Part shown: piece after piece, positions 51,681-64,000 of the stretch | Layout: every line of letters begins with the position of its first letter | Numbering within the stretch: position 1 is the stretch's first letter | NCBI RefSeq assembly: GCF_046128005.1 | Contig: NW_027466835.1 | Span: forward strand, 4,814,430-4,878,429 | DNA length: 64,000 nt | From: Genypterus blacodes | Taxonomy: Eukaryota | Direction: 5' to 3' | Made by a program: the position numbers and the translations under genes | The notes under the pieces: generated by a model | Databases searched by the model: none | What the model was told of the DNA's origin: nothing | What the model saw: only the letters and a program-made list of their open reading frames with translations

Positions 51681-52890
51681 GTGAGTGTGCTTCTATTCTA
51701 AGTCCGGTGTGTAGCAAACAAAGCTTTCAGCACTCTTTGACCGTATGTTTCCTATGTTTTGATTATGCATTTAGAAAGTGCACCTCTGAGAATGTGTTTG
51801 TCTTGTTCTAGGTCATCTTGGAGTAAATTTACAAGCATGTTCAAACTCTCATTAGACTGCAGTTAAGGCAATAAATAGATTGAGTTCAGACCCAGATCAT
51901 GTGACTGTGAATGTACGCGCTCCCAGTTATGCATCTCGTCATGTGCATGAGGAGATCCTGTTGATTCGGCCCATCTTTGGTTTAGTTTGGTTTAAACGCG
52001 AAAACAGCAACAAAAGAAAACAACATAATATAACATAATAAAACATTCTTTAAATTAAAGATCCAGTGCGAAGACTGAAACACAAGTAGGCGTGCAGCTT
52101 CAACGGCGCTTTCTAAAAGGTTGGAATGTTCCGTTTTAAACTTGGATAACACCAAATAGTCCTGGGCTTATTTTACATTGTGGTCCTTGTTTTCTCTAGC
52201 TGTGAACACACACTGCAATTTGTTGTACCTCAAAGTTCTGCAGCCAAACTCCTCCAGTCTTTTGCCCCGGTGCAACACTTTTATGGGTTTAGGGTGTTAG
52301 GTTAGCAACACTCTGCCTGGTGTTCTAAACGAACCTGTCCTGTCGCCAACATGGATAAAAGCTTAATCAATCTGATCAATCAAGTGGGGCTGACTAGACT
52401 GCAACATCAGGTTTTCAAGAACACCATGACAGAGAGTTGTAGTTAACAAAGCGCAGATGTGGCGGAGACTTTGCTCAGTCAAAATGTTTTGGTCAGACTG
52501 ATAAGCTTTTGTTGATTAACTGTTGAGAATGGAGCCACGGCTTTGATTGGGCTGTTGAATGAGCGGAACGTGAGAGGCATCAGTGGAGTGACTGTGTTCC
52601 ATCAGTGTGCCATCAGTCCATGTTGTTGTTTGTTGTTTATGTAAGAGTTCATAAAGCATCAGGGCCTATTAGATAACACAAAGTGCTTCTCTACATGGTG
52701 CCGGTATCTAAGTGATGGTTTCATCCTTGAGAGGAGCAAATATCATTTCTTGCTGCTTTATTTTTTAACGTTTGCTGTAAATATCCTGGTATCGAGTTAC
52801 AGGATGGAGGAAATATGAATCAGTCGTTGCAACGCCAGCATCATTAATGTTGAAGCTCGTTGATGATTGTTTGTTTCTGTTCCTCCCCAG

Positions 52891-52972
52891 CTACATGACC
52901 ACCACCTTTGTGATCGAGGCGATGGCAGCAGCCAACGCTCAACTGCGCTGGAAGAGGAGAGAGCAGGAAGAG
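52891..52972 (+). CDS. tmem104: tmem104 exon (SYMTTTFVIEAMAAANAQLRWKRREQEE)
   Basis: This matches human SFVTTTFVIEAMAAANAQLHWKR... It lies in frame with ORF 52847..53035. The acceptor is tcctccccag and the donor is GTGAGG at 52973. Confidence 0.85.
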
Positions 52973-52978
52973 GTGAGG

Positions 52979-52979
52979 T

Positions 52980-53005
<26 letters not shown>
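52979..53005. repeat. (AC)n microsatellite directly 3' of a tmem104 exon donor
   Basis: An acacacacac...gcacacgcac run starting 7 nt after the donor at 52973. Confidence 0.9.
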
Positions 53006-53010
<5 letters not shown>

Positions 53011-55032
53011 ACGCACGCCGCAGGAACTCTGTTAAACCAATACATCTATTATGATGGATGATGCACATGTAGAAACGAAGAAATGAACCTTGGTCTTAGT
53101 CAGTGGAGGTGTGTGTGTGTAATAGTGAAATACTGAACACCGCACAGGCATAAAAGTGGAACACCAGATCCATGATATTCATTGATTTTTAGAAGTAATA
53201 AGTAATGATCCCAGCCATGATCCATGTGTACAGAGAGACGGGCGTCACTTCGGGATTGAGATAACATCCAACTTTGTTATTATGGATTCATCCAGTTAAA
53301 ACACAACGTAAACTGAGGGAGGTCACTCTGGCAGTCAGCATCACATATAATGCATCCTGCTGTAATAAATCTGGAGTGTTTACAGTGAAGATGGTTCTGT
53401 CTTTTAAGATTTAGCATACCTAACTTGCATTTACATCATTTTGCCACACTGAGTAGAGAGTGAGATGTGTGACTGCACCCACACCTTTATTCACTGTCCC
53501 CTCCCCCCTAGACATCAGGGGACTGAGACAATGTTAGTTTTTGATGAATTTAAGATAAGCTGAAGCCTTAAAGACCCTTTACAATCTCTATGTAAACTCA
53601 CAACAACAGTTACAACTGTAACAACACACCCAAGAACAATGACGTAACACCAGAATACAACGTAAGTAATGGCTTCATTTTGAGACGTCCACTGATGTTA
53701 AAGCCCCCAGGCCGACGTCTGTGTCGTGTGCAACACTCTGGATGTCCGTTTGGCCTTACGCAGAGCTTGAGGGACTTGAGCAATGACAGTAGCTAATCCC
53801 CCTTTGAATCTCATCCCATTGCCCTGTGCATGGAACCTGGATCCCTGGTGTGAATCATGTTAAAGATTTGTGACGTCAAAGCACCAAGCGCTGACTGGAG
53901 GCGAGTCCATTTGCTTCCCCAGCCTAAGAGACGTTTCTGTGGAACGTGTCACCTTCAAAGCCCCAAACAGACACTTGGCTTTAACTGCACGTTTTTTAAT
54001 TCAGAAAGCCGTCGTTGCTTTATTGCCGAACACTTGGGAGACTGTGCAACGTGTCTCCTTGCTGTAACAAATCCAATTTGGAGCTGTTAGCATCGCACTG
54101 CACTTGATTACCGAGGGAGGCAGCAGAGTCTTCAATCAGTTTTACTTCGGGGCTAAGAAAAAGACCATCTGCACTTTGAATGGATCGCCCTCGGCCTATT
54201 GTTTCTCTCCTTGCTTAATGCCTTTGGGTTTCCAGTCGAGGAGTTATGAGCTTAAGGACAATCGCCAAACTCACGGCGCTGATTCATAGCCGCTCCGCCG
54301 CGCTCAGCCTCTCCTCCCACGTAATCGAAAACAACGGAGGGAGGAAGCCGGATATGTTTTCCGCTGAATGCTTTTTATTTTCTGTCTGCTTGACTGAAGC
54401 GTATGAAAGAAAATCAAAGGCTTTGTTTTAGAAGTGATGCGTTGTCTAATGTTTTATGAGGAAGTGCCAGTAAAAGTTTATCAGGGGCAACGAGTGTGTG
54501 AATGCTCTGTTCAAGAAAAGGATGAACCACTGCGCTGGATTTGATGGCCAAACCAGTTGAGCTCTTTCTACTGTGACCCTTGACCTTGCCCCTCAGCCTT
54601 AACGCACGGATAAATGTGTTAACTCTCATGCCAATATGTCATTCCCTGCGGTGTTTGCTGATGTTCTCACAGATCCGCCAGCGCCCGTCAGTCATCGTCT
54701 CCTCTTCCCTCAGCCGCCGTGTCACTTTCTAATTCGGCGAGCGTGGCTGGCTGTTGACTATCATTGACAATTAGGCGAAATTAATCCACGCACAGTTTTG
54801 GAAATGAAAATCGATTGGGCGAGGTGCAATTTTTGGTGTGACCAGCGCGGCCCTCGAGTCCCCAGACGCTCTTCCCAGCTGTTAAACTATTTCCAGATGC
54901 TGCCATTTTCCGCAAACAAACACGTGTTAATAGCTTGTAAACGGATTGCTGTTTATACTGAGAATGAACCAGCTGCTGTTTGGAAAGTGGCCAATCATAA
55001 CACGTCCTCACAGACTCCCATCATCCTCTCAG

Positions 55033-55129
55033 CAGGTCGATGATGGCGATTCCACCTCCGAGTATTCGGACGACGACGTTATGGGAAGCGGGCGAGCCGA
55101 GCCGGAGACCAAACCCATCCTGTCAGTCC
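55033..55129 (+). CDS. tmem104: tmem104 exon (QVDDGDSTSEYSDDDVMGSGRAEPETKPILSV)
   Basis: This lies in frame with ORF 54946..55137. It matches human EDDDSSTASDSDV...AEKRPILSVQ. A NAGNAG acceptor (ctctcag/cag) is present at 55031-55035. The donor is GTGAGT at 55130. Confidence 0.75.
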
Positions 55130-55280
55130 GTGAGTGACGCTCTCTTCAGTATTGATGTTGTTAGAATAAAGATGGCGCACAGGAACCCTGTGCTCCACCC
55201 TCACCTGTACCACACAGTGTAGTTCTGAGGTAAATGACCTGGAAATCCCAACATTTTGTCTTCTTCTTATGTCTTCACAG

Positions 55281-55364
55281 AGAGATCAGCAGGGCACTCC
55301 GATCACTTCGACATTGTGGAGCGCATGGAGATGGGTCAGATGGCCTCCATGTTCTTCAACAAAG
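55281..55364 (+). CDS. tmem104: tmem104 exon (QRSAGHSDHFDIVERMEMGQMASMFFNK)
   Basis: This matches human QRRGSPNPFEITDRVEMGQMASMFFNK. It lies in the frame of ORF 55256..55555. The acceptor is ttcacag and the donor is GTGATC at 55365. Confidence 0.8.
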
Positions 55365-55593
55365 GTGATCCTCTCCTCGCCTTGAGCTTCCTCTCGCACT
55401 TCCCCGGCGCTCAAGTAATCGCCGTCGCCACATCGTTACCCGCGTGTGAGGTTTTGGAGCAGGTTGTGTGGGATTTTATATATCCAGTCCTCTTTCACAA
55501 AGCCGCCTCCCTAAAGAGATGTAATTATATCGGGATAGATTGCCTTTGGTTGTAATTACCTGTTTGAGACCCCATCAAGGTGGCTAATCTCCC

Positions 55594-55800
<207 letters not shown>

Positions 55801-55975
55801 ACACTTGTACAGACTTGTTAAGGCCTCTACCTGAGTGATATGGGAGTTAATGAACGCTCCACTAGCATGCGATGGCAAATTGAAAGCAGAATCGTGTTCA
55901 CCTTGAAAAGCGACAACCTGACTGCTTTACATTACTTGGTCATATCCCTCACATTGCGCTGGCCTTGTCCACACC

Positions 55976-56025
55976 TCTTCCTCCTCCTCCTCCTCCTCCT
56001 CCTCCTCCTCCTCCTCCTCCTCCTC
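55976..56025. repeat. (CTC)n trinucleotide repeat, about 16 units
   Basis: A ctcctcctc run 180 bp downstream of the (GT)n tract. It appears as poly-L and poly-E ORFs on the two strands. Confidence 0.95.
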
Positions 56026-56481
56026 ATCTGTTTGCATTACGCCAAAGACATCAGAGTGACTCAACAGTCTGCAGCATCCCCATTGTCGCAGGAATAAGGA
56101 ACGACTAAAGGTCAAAGCTCTGACAGCATCATCTGTGCAGACACCAGCCGTACCCCCGTTGCCGCCTTTTGGACACTAGGTGGAGCACTTGGCACGCACA
56201 CAGAGTGCAACACACGTTCCCGCCCACGCATGAAGTGGCTGGCGCGTGCCATCATGCAGGCTGCGCTCACGCTGTTAAAGTTGCAGTGCAGTGTGCTCCC
56301 TTCCTCTGCGCCCCGCTCTTTACCTTTCTCTTGTCATTCAGGACGACAGCCAATTACAGGTAAAGAGTTAAAGAAACGGTCCCACCTGATGACCTTTCCC
56401 ACCGCGAGACAGATGGTGCAGATGAGGCATGTGGCAGTATTGATTGCTAGTGAGGAAATGAGTATTCTCCCCACTATCTCC

Positions 56482-56483
<2 letters not shown>

Positions 56484-56521
<38 letters not shown>
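56484..56521. repeat. (TC)n microsatellite
   Basis: A tctctctc run. Confidence 0.95.
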
Positions 56522-56522
<1 letters not shown>

Positions 56523-57261
56523 TCTCCCCACGCTATGGGAGAGCTGCCGAGTGACTCTAATCACAAACCAATAAGATAAGCACAAGCCCGGGCGCGGCGG
56601 AAAGGTGAATTGTTCTGTTTATCTTGACGATACTGTCCCGCTCTTTTTCATCTCCGTATTAGATTTGTATTTCTGCAATCGCTGCGTACAGATAATGAAA
56701 CGTAATGGGCGTAATTCAAGTCGGTGTGTACAGGTGAGCAGGTTAAGCAAAGCCCTTATTCTTTGTAATCTTTGAATAATAGCTCCTTTTATCCCCCTTG
56801 AATCTCTTCCTCAATGACTCCACTCTTCTCTGAGATTATTTTTTCACTGATTAATGCGTTGCCAGAATGTGCGGGTTGCTCAGTAAAGTCAAAAGGCTGC
56901 AGACCCGGTGCCACGTGAGAGCACGGATGGAAAACAATCCGGCAGACGCATTCAGCCGGCCGCTTGACTCGGACGACCTCTACCTGCTCCCGCTAATGAT
57001 GCTTCATGTAAATACAAATGGGAGGAAACGCAGCGGACTCGATTCCCACCTCCGAGCGTCTGCTGCGAATCCTTTACTCTGCCTATTATTATTAAGTGTC
57101 TTAAGGTTTTAGATTTTTACACATCTAAGATAAGATCAAGCTAAGCATGCTTAGTTGGAATCGGAAGGGATTATGTGTACTGGAGACAGATGTGGAATTC
57201 TGATTCTCAGGGCTGGTTTGGACGCATGATCACAAAGCTTAGCCAAAGTTTGACCACTCTG

Positions 57262-57298
57262 CCTCCTCCTCCTCCTCCTCCTCCTCCTCCTCCTCCTT
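57262..57298. repeat. (CCT)n trinucleotide repeat
   Basis: A cctcctcct run, 12 units. Confidence 0.95.
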
Positions 57299-60200
57299 CC
57301 ATCTCTCAAGACGGAAATCTACAACATGATGGGATGACATTTAACCAAAAGTCTATCTGTCCGTTGTTAACAAGCTACCGTCCCCTAGTTTCCACTTGAT
57401 TCACGCTGACTAGCCCCGGGTGGCTTTTAATTAGCCGTTGTGAACCTACATGAACCAAATGAGCAACGAAGCAAACTTTACCCCGCCGTTACGGCTCGGA
57501 ACACAACGTCAGGCCGTTACAAGGCGTCCCTCCCGCTGCTCTCAGAGAGCATTAGGCTTCCTCCTGGGCGGAAATTGACATGGCGGCAGTGTAGCAGGTT
57601 CAGAATAAGGCCACGGGTATCAGCCTGACCCGCGGCAACTGACAGGAATGTTGATGGAGACCGGCTTTATCTGCGGCGCTGTGGATAGGCGATCCTGTAA
57701 CCTTCACATCCACGATTTCAAAGCTGATTAGAAGACGACTTTGGCATAACGTCAGAGAGGGAGAGAGAGAGGAGTAGAGGAATCGCTCCTCCATACATCA
57801 AGCGTCTTGTCGCAGCCTTTTTTTTTGGGGGGGGTTTAACGTGGCGGCTGTGCAAACGGCAAGAGCGTGTCGTCAACGTGAGCCGTCCCTCCCGTGACAT
57901 GCACGGCACCATGGCGACGAATACTAATTGAATCGGCGGTGACTCGCACTTCTGTCTTTAATGAGAGCCAAACACGGGCCCATCCATTTTTAATACATCA
58001 GTGACTTTTACTTAAATGTCATACTTGTGGATTGAGAGTCGTGGCGAAATGAGAATGGGGAGCGGCGGTGCTACTCGGAAGATAAATGAACTTGTTTGCT
58101 TCGGTCCCGTCAGCCAATCATTTACCGTAAGCCGCCACCACGGTAGTTTCCCGACGTCAGCTCGGTAAAAGATGCACTTTAATTTCAGTGACCAGGCTAT
58201 TACAGCTGACTGATCAATATCACAAGTTTGACTCTTAACAGTGGAGCGCCCTTTCTGAGAGCTTAATGTGCTTTTGTAAATTAAACCCGGAGTGAGAGCT
58301 GCAATGTTATAGCCAAGATGTTTTCACAGTGGAGGCATGTTGACATCTCTACAGCTGGACAAACAGCACCGTATGACCATTTCGAAGTACGCACTTCTGC
58401 GGTGAGGCCCAATTTAAACAAACCTGAGCGAGTTTGCAGTAAGAAGTGGCTCACACGTTTGGCGTCAACATGCACACATGTCTAATTTTGTCTGTACTGC
58501 CATTACAGAAAACTGCAGAGTAAAGACTAATTTCTGCTTGGGAAAAGGAGGCGAAAGCCCGACAGACGCGCGCAATCCTGCCGGCATGGGCGTTTTTGCC
58601 ACACGTCTGACCCTCATCCCTCCTGCGCGCACGCATTTTTCATCCCATTGTCCGGGCGATCCCTCTGCACATTCGGCCACCTTTATTCCACACAATCTCC
58701 CTTCAAGCAGAGCGTCTGTGTTGTTTTTCTGCGCAGTCGGCACACTCTTTAGACAATTACTTAAGTCCGAGTGGTCACAAAAAGTGTGTGTGCGCGCTCA
58801 GATACCACCAGCACTTAGACAACACCAATGCCGATTACTGCTGTTTTGATCTGATGATGTGGTTACACGATGTTTGAAACGGTCTATTTGGAGAACAATG
58901 GATGCTTGAACTTGTATGCAAACAGGAGATTGTTGTGTTTTGATTAATCTAGCCTTCGTCCGTCTGTCAAATGCGTAGTTGTACAATTTGTGTGACTGCG
59001 TGCCAGCACTTCCCTCTCATGTTGTGGATTTCTGTTGTAGACCCAAATCATTCAAACCAGTTATTATGCATGGAGGAGGAGATTGAGCCGTCCGGAGTCG
59101 AGCGGAGATTGTTTATTCACAGGCTGCACCTTAAATTGGTCATTTCTGATGCAGCGCTGTCCTATTTAGCTACTTTAGAGACACTATTGGGGGTATTACT
59201 GCCTCCAGGGTTGGCTCAGTTTAGATTTAATTTGTGAATATCTGGACTGTGATTTTGTCAAAATGGCGGTGTGACGCCCCCACGAGGAGCTGCTCTGGGG
59301 TAGAATATAAAAAAGGAGGTGGGGGGTTCAGGAGGTGCTGTTCATCTTTTTTGTTTTGCATTTGTGAGCGCGAAACTGTCATTTCACTTTTTCAGCAAGT
59401 GGTCCGACCCCTGCTTTGGTGTTACAAGACAGAAGAAGAAGGTTTGTCTGAGTATAGGCTAAAGGTTGAAAGCCCTGAAGTCAGTACATGACAGAGGTCA
59501 TACACTGACCTCTGTCATGTTCAGCCCATGGTGAGGGGCTGAACACATTTGCATTTCACTGAGGACAAAAACTATAAATATAGAATTTGTTTGGATTAGT
59601 GCTTAATAAAACATTACCCTGTAGTGACGGTGACAAATTACGCTGCGGTCTAATTGACCAGTTATGGCCTTTAAATGTTACTGTAACATAAATCAACTGT
59701 ATAGTTATTCTGTAAATGCACTCGGGTTTCGTAATTCTTCTTCTTCACAAAGAGCTTCGGTGACACTTTAAGTAATAGTCCAGGAAGATAGATTAGTGAT
59801 GGAGCTCGCCGTTAAATGTGATGGAATTAGAACAAATACCTGCTTGCGTTGAGCAGCTGTCGAGGCCGCTGTCAGTCAGGAGCAGCGTGTTGATGGATGC
59901 CAACGTGTTTCACAGCAACATGAAAGTCCGGACTCCAATGTGAGGAGCCATTTTGCCCCGTTTCAGCCTGTGGCTTTGGGTAATTTGGAAACATTAGTTA
60001 CAGTGCTGTGAAAGCTCGTATCCTTTCGGTCATGCACAGTTCCCGCCCCGCTATCGCTAACTGACAGCGGGGAAGCAGAGCGCGGCCTATTTCTCCTATC
60101 TGCCACGCAGACACTGACATGTCTGTGTGCAGCTCGTGGCGCGCAGAGGGATTTGTTTCTTCAGCTGATGATGCGGTACAGGAAGCATCCTCCCAACTTC

Positions 60201-61929
60201 AAAGCACACACCTGCACATCCATCACTCTGCTTACGTCTACAGACTGTATAATCCTACACAGCAGGAAATACATGGACTCAAAAATCCATTTTCTTACTT
60301 CTTACTCATTGTTTTCTTGCAGTGATGGGGCCAACGGAAAGGAGCTCATCTTTTTCGGCCCTTTCAAATGTGGCGCCGCACACATATGAAGCAGAATGCA
60401 GGACAAGGCATCTTTTTACCGATGTTTCATGAGACATATCGGTCTACATTTTCTTTTTGAGCCTATATGGAAGAGCACCCCTTTGTCGGATACGTTGATG
60501 AATGGCTTGAGGATTCTAAGGGCCTGTGTGATGGTAGCAGTGTGTTGGCCTGTATGCTTATGTCTCTTTCTGATTGTCCCCTTGGAAAAAAGGCTCTAGA
60601 ATGATTCTGTGTAATGGCTGTAACTCCTCTAGGGCAAATAATAATGAGGCTTCAGTATGCAAATGATGCCGTCTCGCCCAGAGAGAGTCATATCCAAGAT
60701 TCACTGCCGTCCCCTGTGGCTCAAAGTGATGTTTGATGGGGGAAGAATGAAATGTTTAGCTCTGGAGCAGGCTGATGGTGTTCAGGTGGATTCAGGTCTT
60801 TTTCCAGATCAGAGTTTGCAGCATTCACACATAGTGCAGCAGGAGACTGACTCTTAGGCACCTGGACATGCTGGCAAAGGCTCGAAGACGTTTCACCTCT
60901 CATCTAAGATTCACTTGACTGAGAACCTTCATAGACAACTGAATGAACCAGTTTAGTCACGGTCTAAATGGTTTGTTGTTGTCTGAAAGCAGCGTCTCTG
61001 TCCCATCCCTCCAGTCCAGTCCCACAGACTTTGCCGAGCTGCACTGAAGCTTTCCTGGCTGCTTGTGTCGAGCCCAAACATTACACAGGTAATTTATTGT
61101 TGTGGTTTTTCCATTCATTTGTCACTCGGCTGTTTATCGGGCTGCCAGTGCTTTTATGTTTTCTTTGTCTAATTCACCTTAATTGAACAGTTTGACAGGC
61201 AGCAGGAGGAGGCCACCCACCGCTCTTAACTCATATCTGAATCAGTTTAGCCTGTCAAGCTGTAACTCTAGCTGGCTTTTTTTTTTTTTTTTTTCTTCAT
61301 AATGGACCGGATGCTCTAATTTCCTTGGCAGTAATGAATTAGCTGAGGGGTCCAGTTGGACGGTTGAACCCCCCTCTGAGACTTCAAGTGCTTGATGGAT
61401 GTGCGGTGCAATGTGACGATCTGTTGGCTGCCGAGAGCGCTCCGTCTTGGCTTGGGCGAGGCCGCTCAGACATGCGTCCCCGCCGGGTGTTTGCACAAGG
61501 AGGGAAGGCCAAGTGCTTGTTTGTGTGGAGAGCAAATGCTAACAAAGATCCTTTCTAACCCTCCATTGATTACTTTTTAAATTATGACAATTAATAAGTT
61601 TTCATTGGGGGAAATGAGATGTGATGATGCTGCCCAGACTGCTCTCCCACCCAGGGAAGAGATGAAGGGATGTAATGAGTGGCGAGTTGCGGTGTGGAGG
61701 AGATTGACTTTCTGTAGACTTTCCAACCCTAGCGGTTAAGTTTGACGTGCGGCGTCCATCGACCATATTTCATAATCAAGCGTTTGGACAGCTGTTAAAG
61801 ATGAGAAATGCTGCTTGTCAACGTTCGGCCTCGCGCTACCTGGCTGAAGGTACCGAACTCCTTCACCTGGAAAACTTTGAGAATTTCCGACTCAACCACG
61901 TCTCTGTGTTTTCCCATGTTGCCTTTCAG

Positions 61930-62029
61930 TCGGCGTGAACATGTTCTACATCTGCATCATCGTCTATCTCTACGGCGACCTGGCCATCTACGCAGCAGCT
62001 GTGCCCATATCACTGGTGGAGGTTGCCTG
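61930..62029 (+). CDS. tmem104: tmem104 exon (VGVNMFYICIIVYLYGDLAIYAAAVPISLVEVA)
   Basis: This matches human VGVNLFYFCIIVYLYGDLAIYAAAVPFSLMQV. The acceptor is gcctttcag and the donor is GTAAGA at 62030. The preceding intron is 6.5 kb and rich in repeats. Confidence 0.85.
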
Positions 62030-62830
62030 GTAAGAACGTCCCATTTTGATTGCATTCATTCACGTTTTTTTTATTATGGAGTTAAATGATGGTGGTGTGG
62101 GGTTTTATTATAGACGTCCTCATGCGGGAAGTTTTGCTGCATTCCATTTTGGCAGAACAAAGCACTATTGCAGCATTGTCACCTTATGAGCTCAGAAGAA
62201 ATGCCAATAAAAGCTGGGCAGACAGAAGCTTTAAGGCCCTCTGACCTCTTGCCTCTCCTGGCATTTGAGTATGTTGGACTTGCTTCCAGGCAGATTTTTA
62301 TTGAAGTCGGTTTGCCAGCAGGGGGGTGAATAAAGCCTAATATTGTTACAGACTCGTCCCCACGGAGTCCAGGCGACAGATATGGCCATTTCCTTTTTTA
62401 GAGTTGTTTTACAGTGATGATTTCAGGCCTTGTAAAAGAGACGGGGGATGACAGGGCAAATCATCGATCCAAGGTTTTCAGTTTTGTCTGTTCCATTTTA
62501 CAGACCTCTAAACCATATTTGTAATTTGGACAGCTACAACTAGAATTGGAAGAGGAGACAAGCTAGCAACGAGTCACTGAGGAAAAGGTCTGAGCAATCA
62601 TCGGAGAACAATCAAAGTTTTAGCTTTCACTTAAACTGGTGGACACTTAAATGGAATTCAGCTTTTAAGGCTTCATCGTCTCAGTGGAACATTAAATGTT
62701 TCCTTCCTCACTCCGTCAGGGTTTATCCGGCTCACACTTTGTTTTTCCATATCCCATAAGAATCTAAATCAAAGGAGTTGGAACAGGGTGGAATTAAAGT
62801 GAGTTTGTCTGTTTTGTGTGTTCGTTTCAG

Positions 62831-62921
62831 CGGAAATCACTCGTGCAGCGAAGTGAAGTACAACGACACGGATGCGTGCTGGGGCCCCGTCACCAGGAAA
62901 GACGCCTACAGGGTGTTTCTG
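62831..62921 (+). CDS. tmem104: tmem104 exon (CGNHSCSEVKYNDTDACWGPVTRKDAYRVFL)
   Basis: This matches human CSATGNDSCGVEADTKYNDTDRCWGPLRRVDAYRVYL. It lies in the frame of ORF 62778..62984. The acceptor is gtttcag and the donor is GTAAGT at 62922. Confidence 0.85.
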
Positions 62922-63685
62922 GTAAGTGCTGAGTCTTCTTCGCACCTCTTTGGAGCGCCCTCCTTCCTGCACTGTCGTCCCTAAGGGGGAATGTAAATGC
63001 ACTTTTATTCGCACAGGGACTCTCTCCCCTCTCTTATGTCTTCCGTTGTGCTACGTCGATGTACCGTTTTGTTTCCTGATTAGCCTCGCTGCAATTTTGC
63101 GCACGTAATTCCCTCCACGCCGCACATCCTGGCTGAACAAGAAACAAACTCCGCTCCGCTGTCAGATCCCAGCTCTGAATCCCTCTCTGGCATTAACTTC
63201 CCCCGACGTCGTGCTTCAGCAACCCACAGAGTGTGTGTGCTTGAGTGTGTGTGCCCTTGAAGTCTGAAGTGAACCCGACTCTGGTTTTCACTTTAGCTTT
63301 AACTTTGCACGGCGACAATGATAGATGTGCTAATCTCCTCCTGTACGTAACCTCGGCTTCCCTCTTCCACACTTTGTTTCTGTATATAAAGTCTCTAAAT
63401 AATTTTCCCATAAACGAAGCTCTTTTCTTGTTTACTCATGACCTCTAAGGGGAAATGGACAGGTGACATTTTTACTGAGAACTAAACTGCATTGGACATT
63501 GAAGCATTTCATGCACACGCTCTTTCCTCTTGTGTTCCACTTATATTCTCTATGGAAAGTCGAGGCACTGCTGAGTCACAGGACACGCGATCCGTTGACT
63601 TGTGGTTGTTTTCTACAGAAGTGACACGGCCGCTGTAAACCAGAATGAACCTGATGTCAAACTAATCCCTGTCTCTCCTCTGCAG

Positions 63686-63732
63686 AGCTTCTTGTCTTTG
63701 CCTCTCGGGTTCGTCGTCGTTTCTCTCAAAGG
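63686..63732 (+). CDS. tmem104: tmem104 exon (SFLSLPLGFVVVSLK..), last exon inside the window; gene continues past 64000
   Basis: This matches human AIFTLLLGPFTFFDVQK. The acceptor is ctcctctgcag and the donor is GTAAAA at 63733. The remaining roughly 60% of the coding sequence must lie downstream of the window. Confidence 0.7.
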
Positions 63733-64000
63733 GTAAAAGGGTGCGCCTGTTTTTTTTACTGTCCATTAACTTCCCCGAAAGCAAGATAGGAAGGGACATT
63801 TTACAGCTCCTACGGGTTAAATTGCCTTTTCTCATTTACAATTTGGCTCAACTTTCGGCTTTGGGATGTTTTATCTTTGGTTTCGGTTTCAATCTCTTCT
63901 TTTCATATACATCAGCTTTTTTAATTCCCAAAATGTAATTAGGCTTTTGTCCTGGCTTTTGTCCTGGTCAAGCAATCTGAATTAAAATAAGCATAGCATA

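Overview
This window is vertebrate (teleost fish) nuclear DNA, not prokaryotic. It has spliced genes, abundant dinucleotide microsatellites and a tRNA-derived SINE fragment. There are no CRISPR arrays, operons or rRNA genes. From the sequence alone I can reconstruct five protein-coding genes. All five are orthologs of human chromosome 17q25.1 genes, packed into 64 kb.

- **ubald2** (UBA-like domain protein, minus strand): 3 coding exons at 18196..18077, 14316..14260 and 9874..9518.
- **foxj1** (forkhead box J1, plus strand): coding exons 24173-24736 and 25675-26508, with the forkhead domain split by the intron exactly as in human FOXJ1.
- **tsen54** (tRNA-splicing endonuclease subunit 54, plus strand): 12 exons from 39041 to 45056.
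- **zacn** (zinc-activated Cys-loop channel, plus strand): 9 exons from 45950 to 48549, with an intact C-x13-C Cys loop.
- **tmem104** (plus strand): at least 8 coding exons from 50664 to 63732, continuing beyond the window end.

Other content:
- A decayed C2H2 zinc-finger pseudogene fragment at about 1968-2166.
- A tRNA-derived SINE fragment at about 35920-36095.
- A perfect 23-bp inverted-repeat hairpin at 12968-13023.
- Microsatellites, including a perfect (GT) run of roughly 100 units at 55596-55798.

I found no novel defence or biosynthetic system. The notable points are the compact, rearranged synteny block, the complete fish ZACN gene model, two competing foxj1 promoter models, an ambiguous tsen54 N-terminus, and several unexplained noncoding structures.

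Coordinates were read by eye and may be off by 1-2 nt at some splice junctions. Exon phases were checked for consistency across each gene model.
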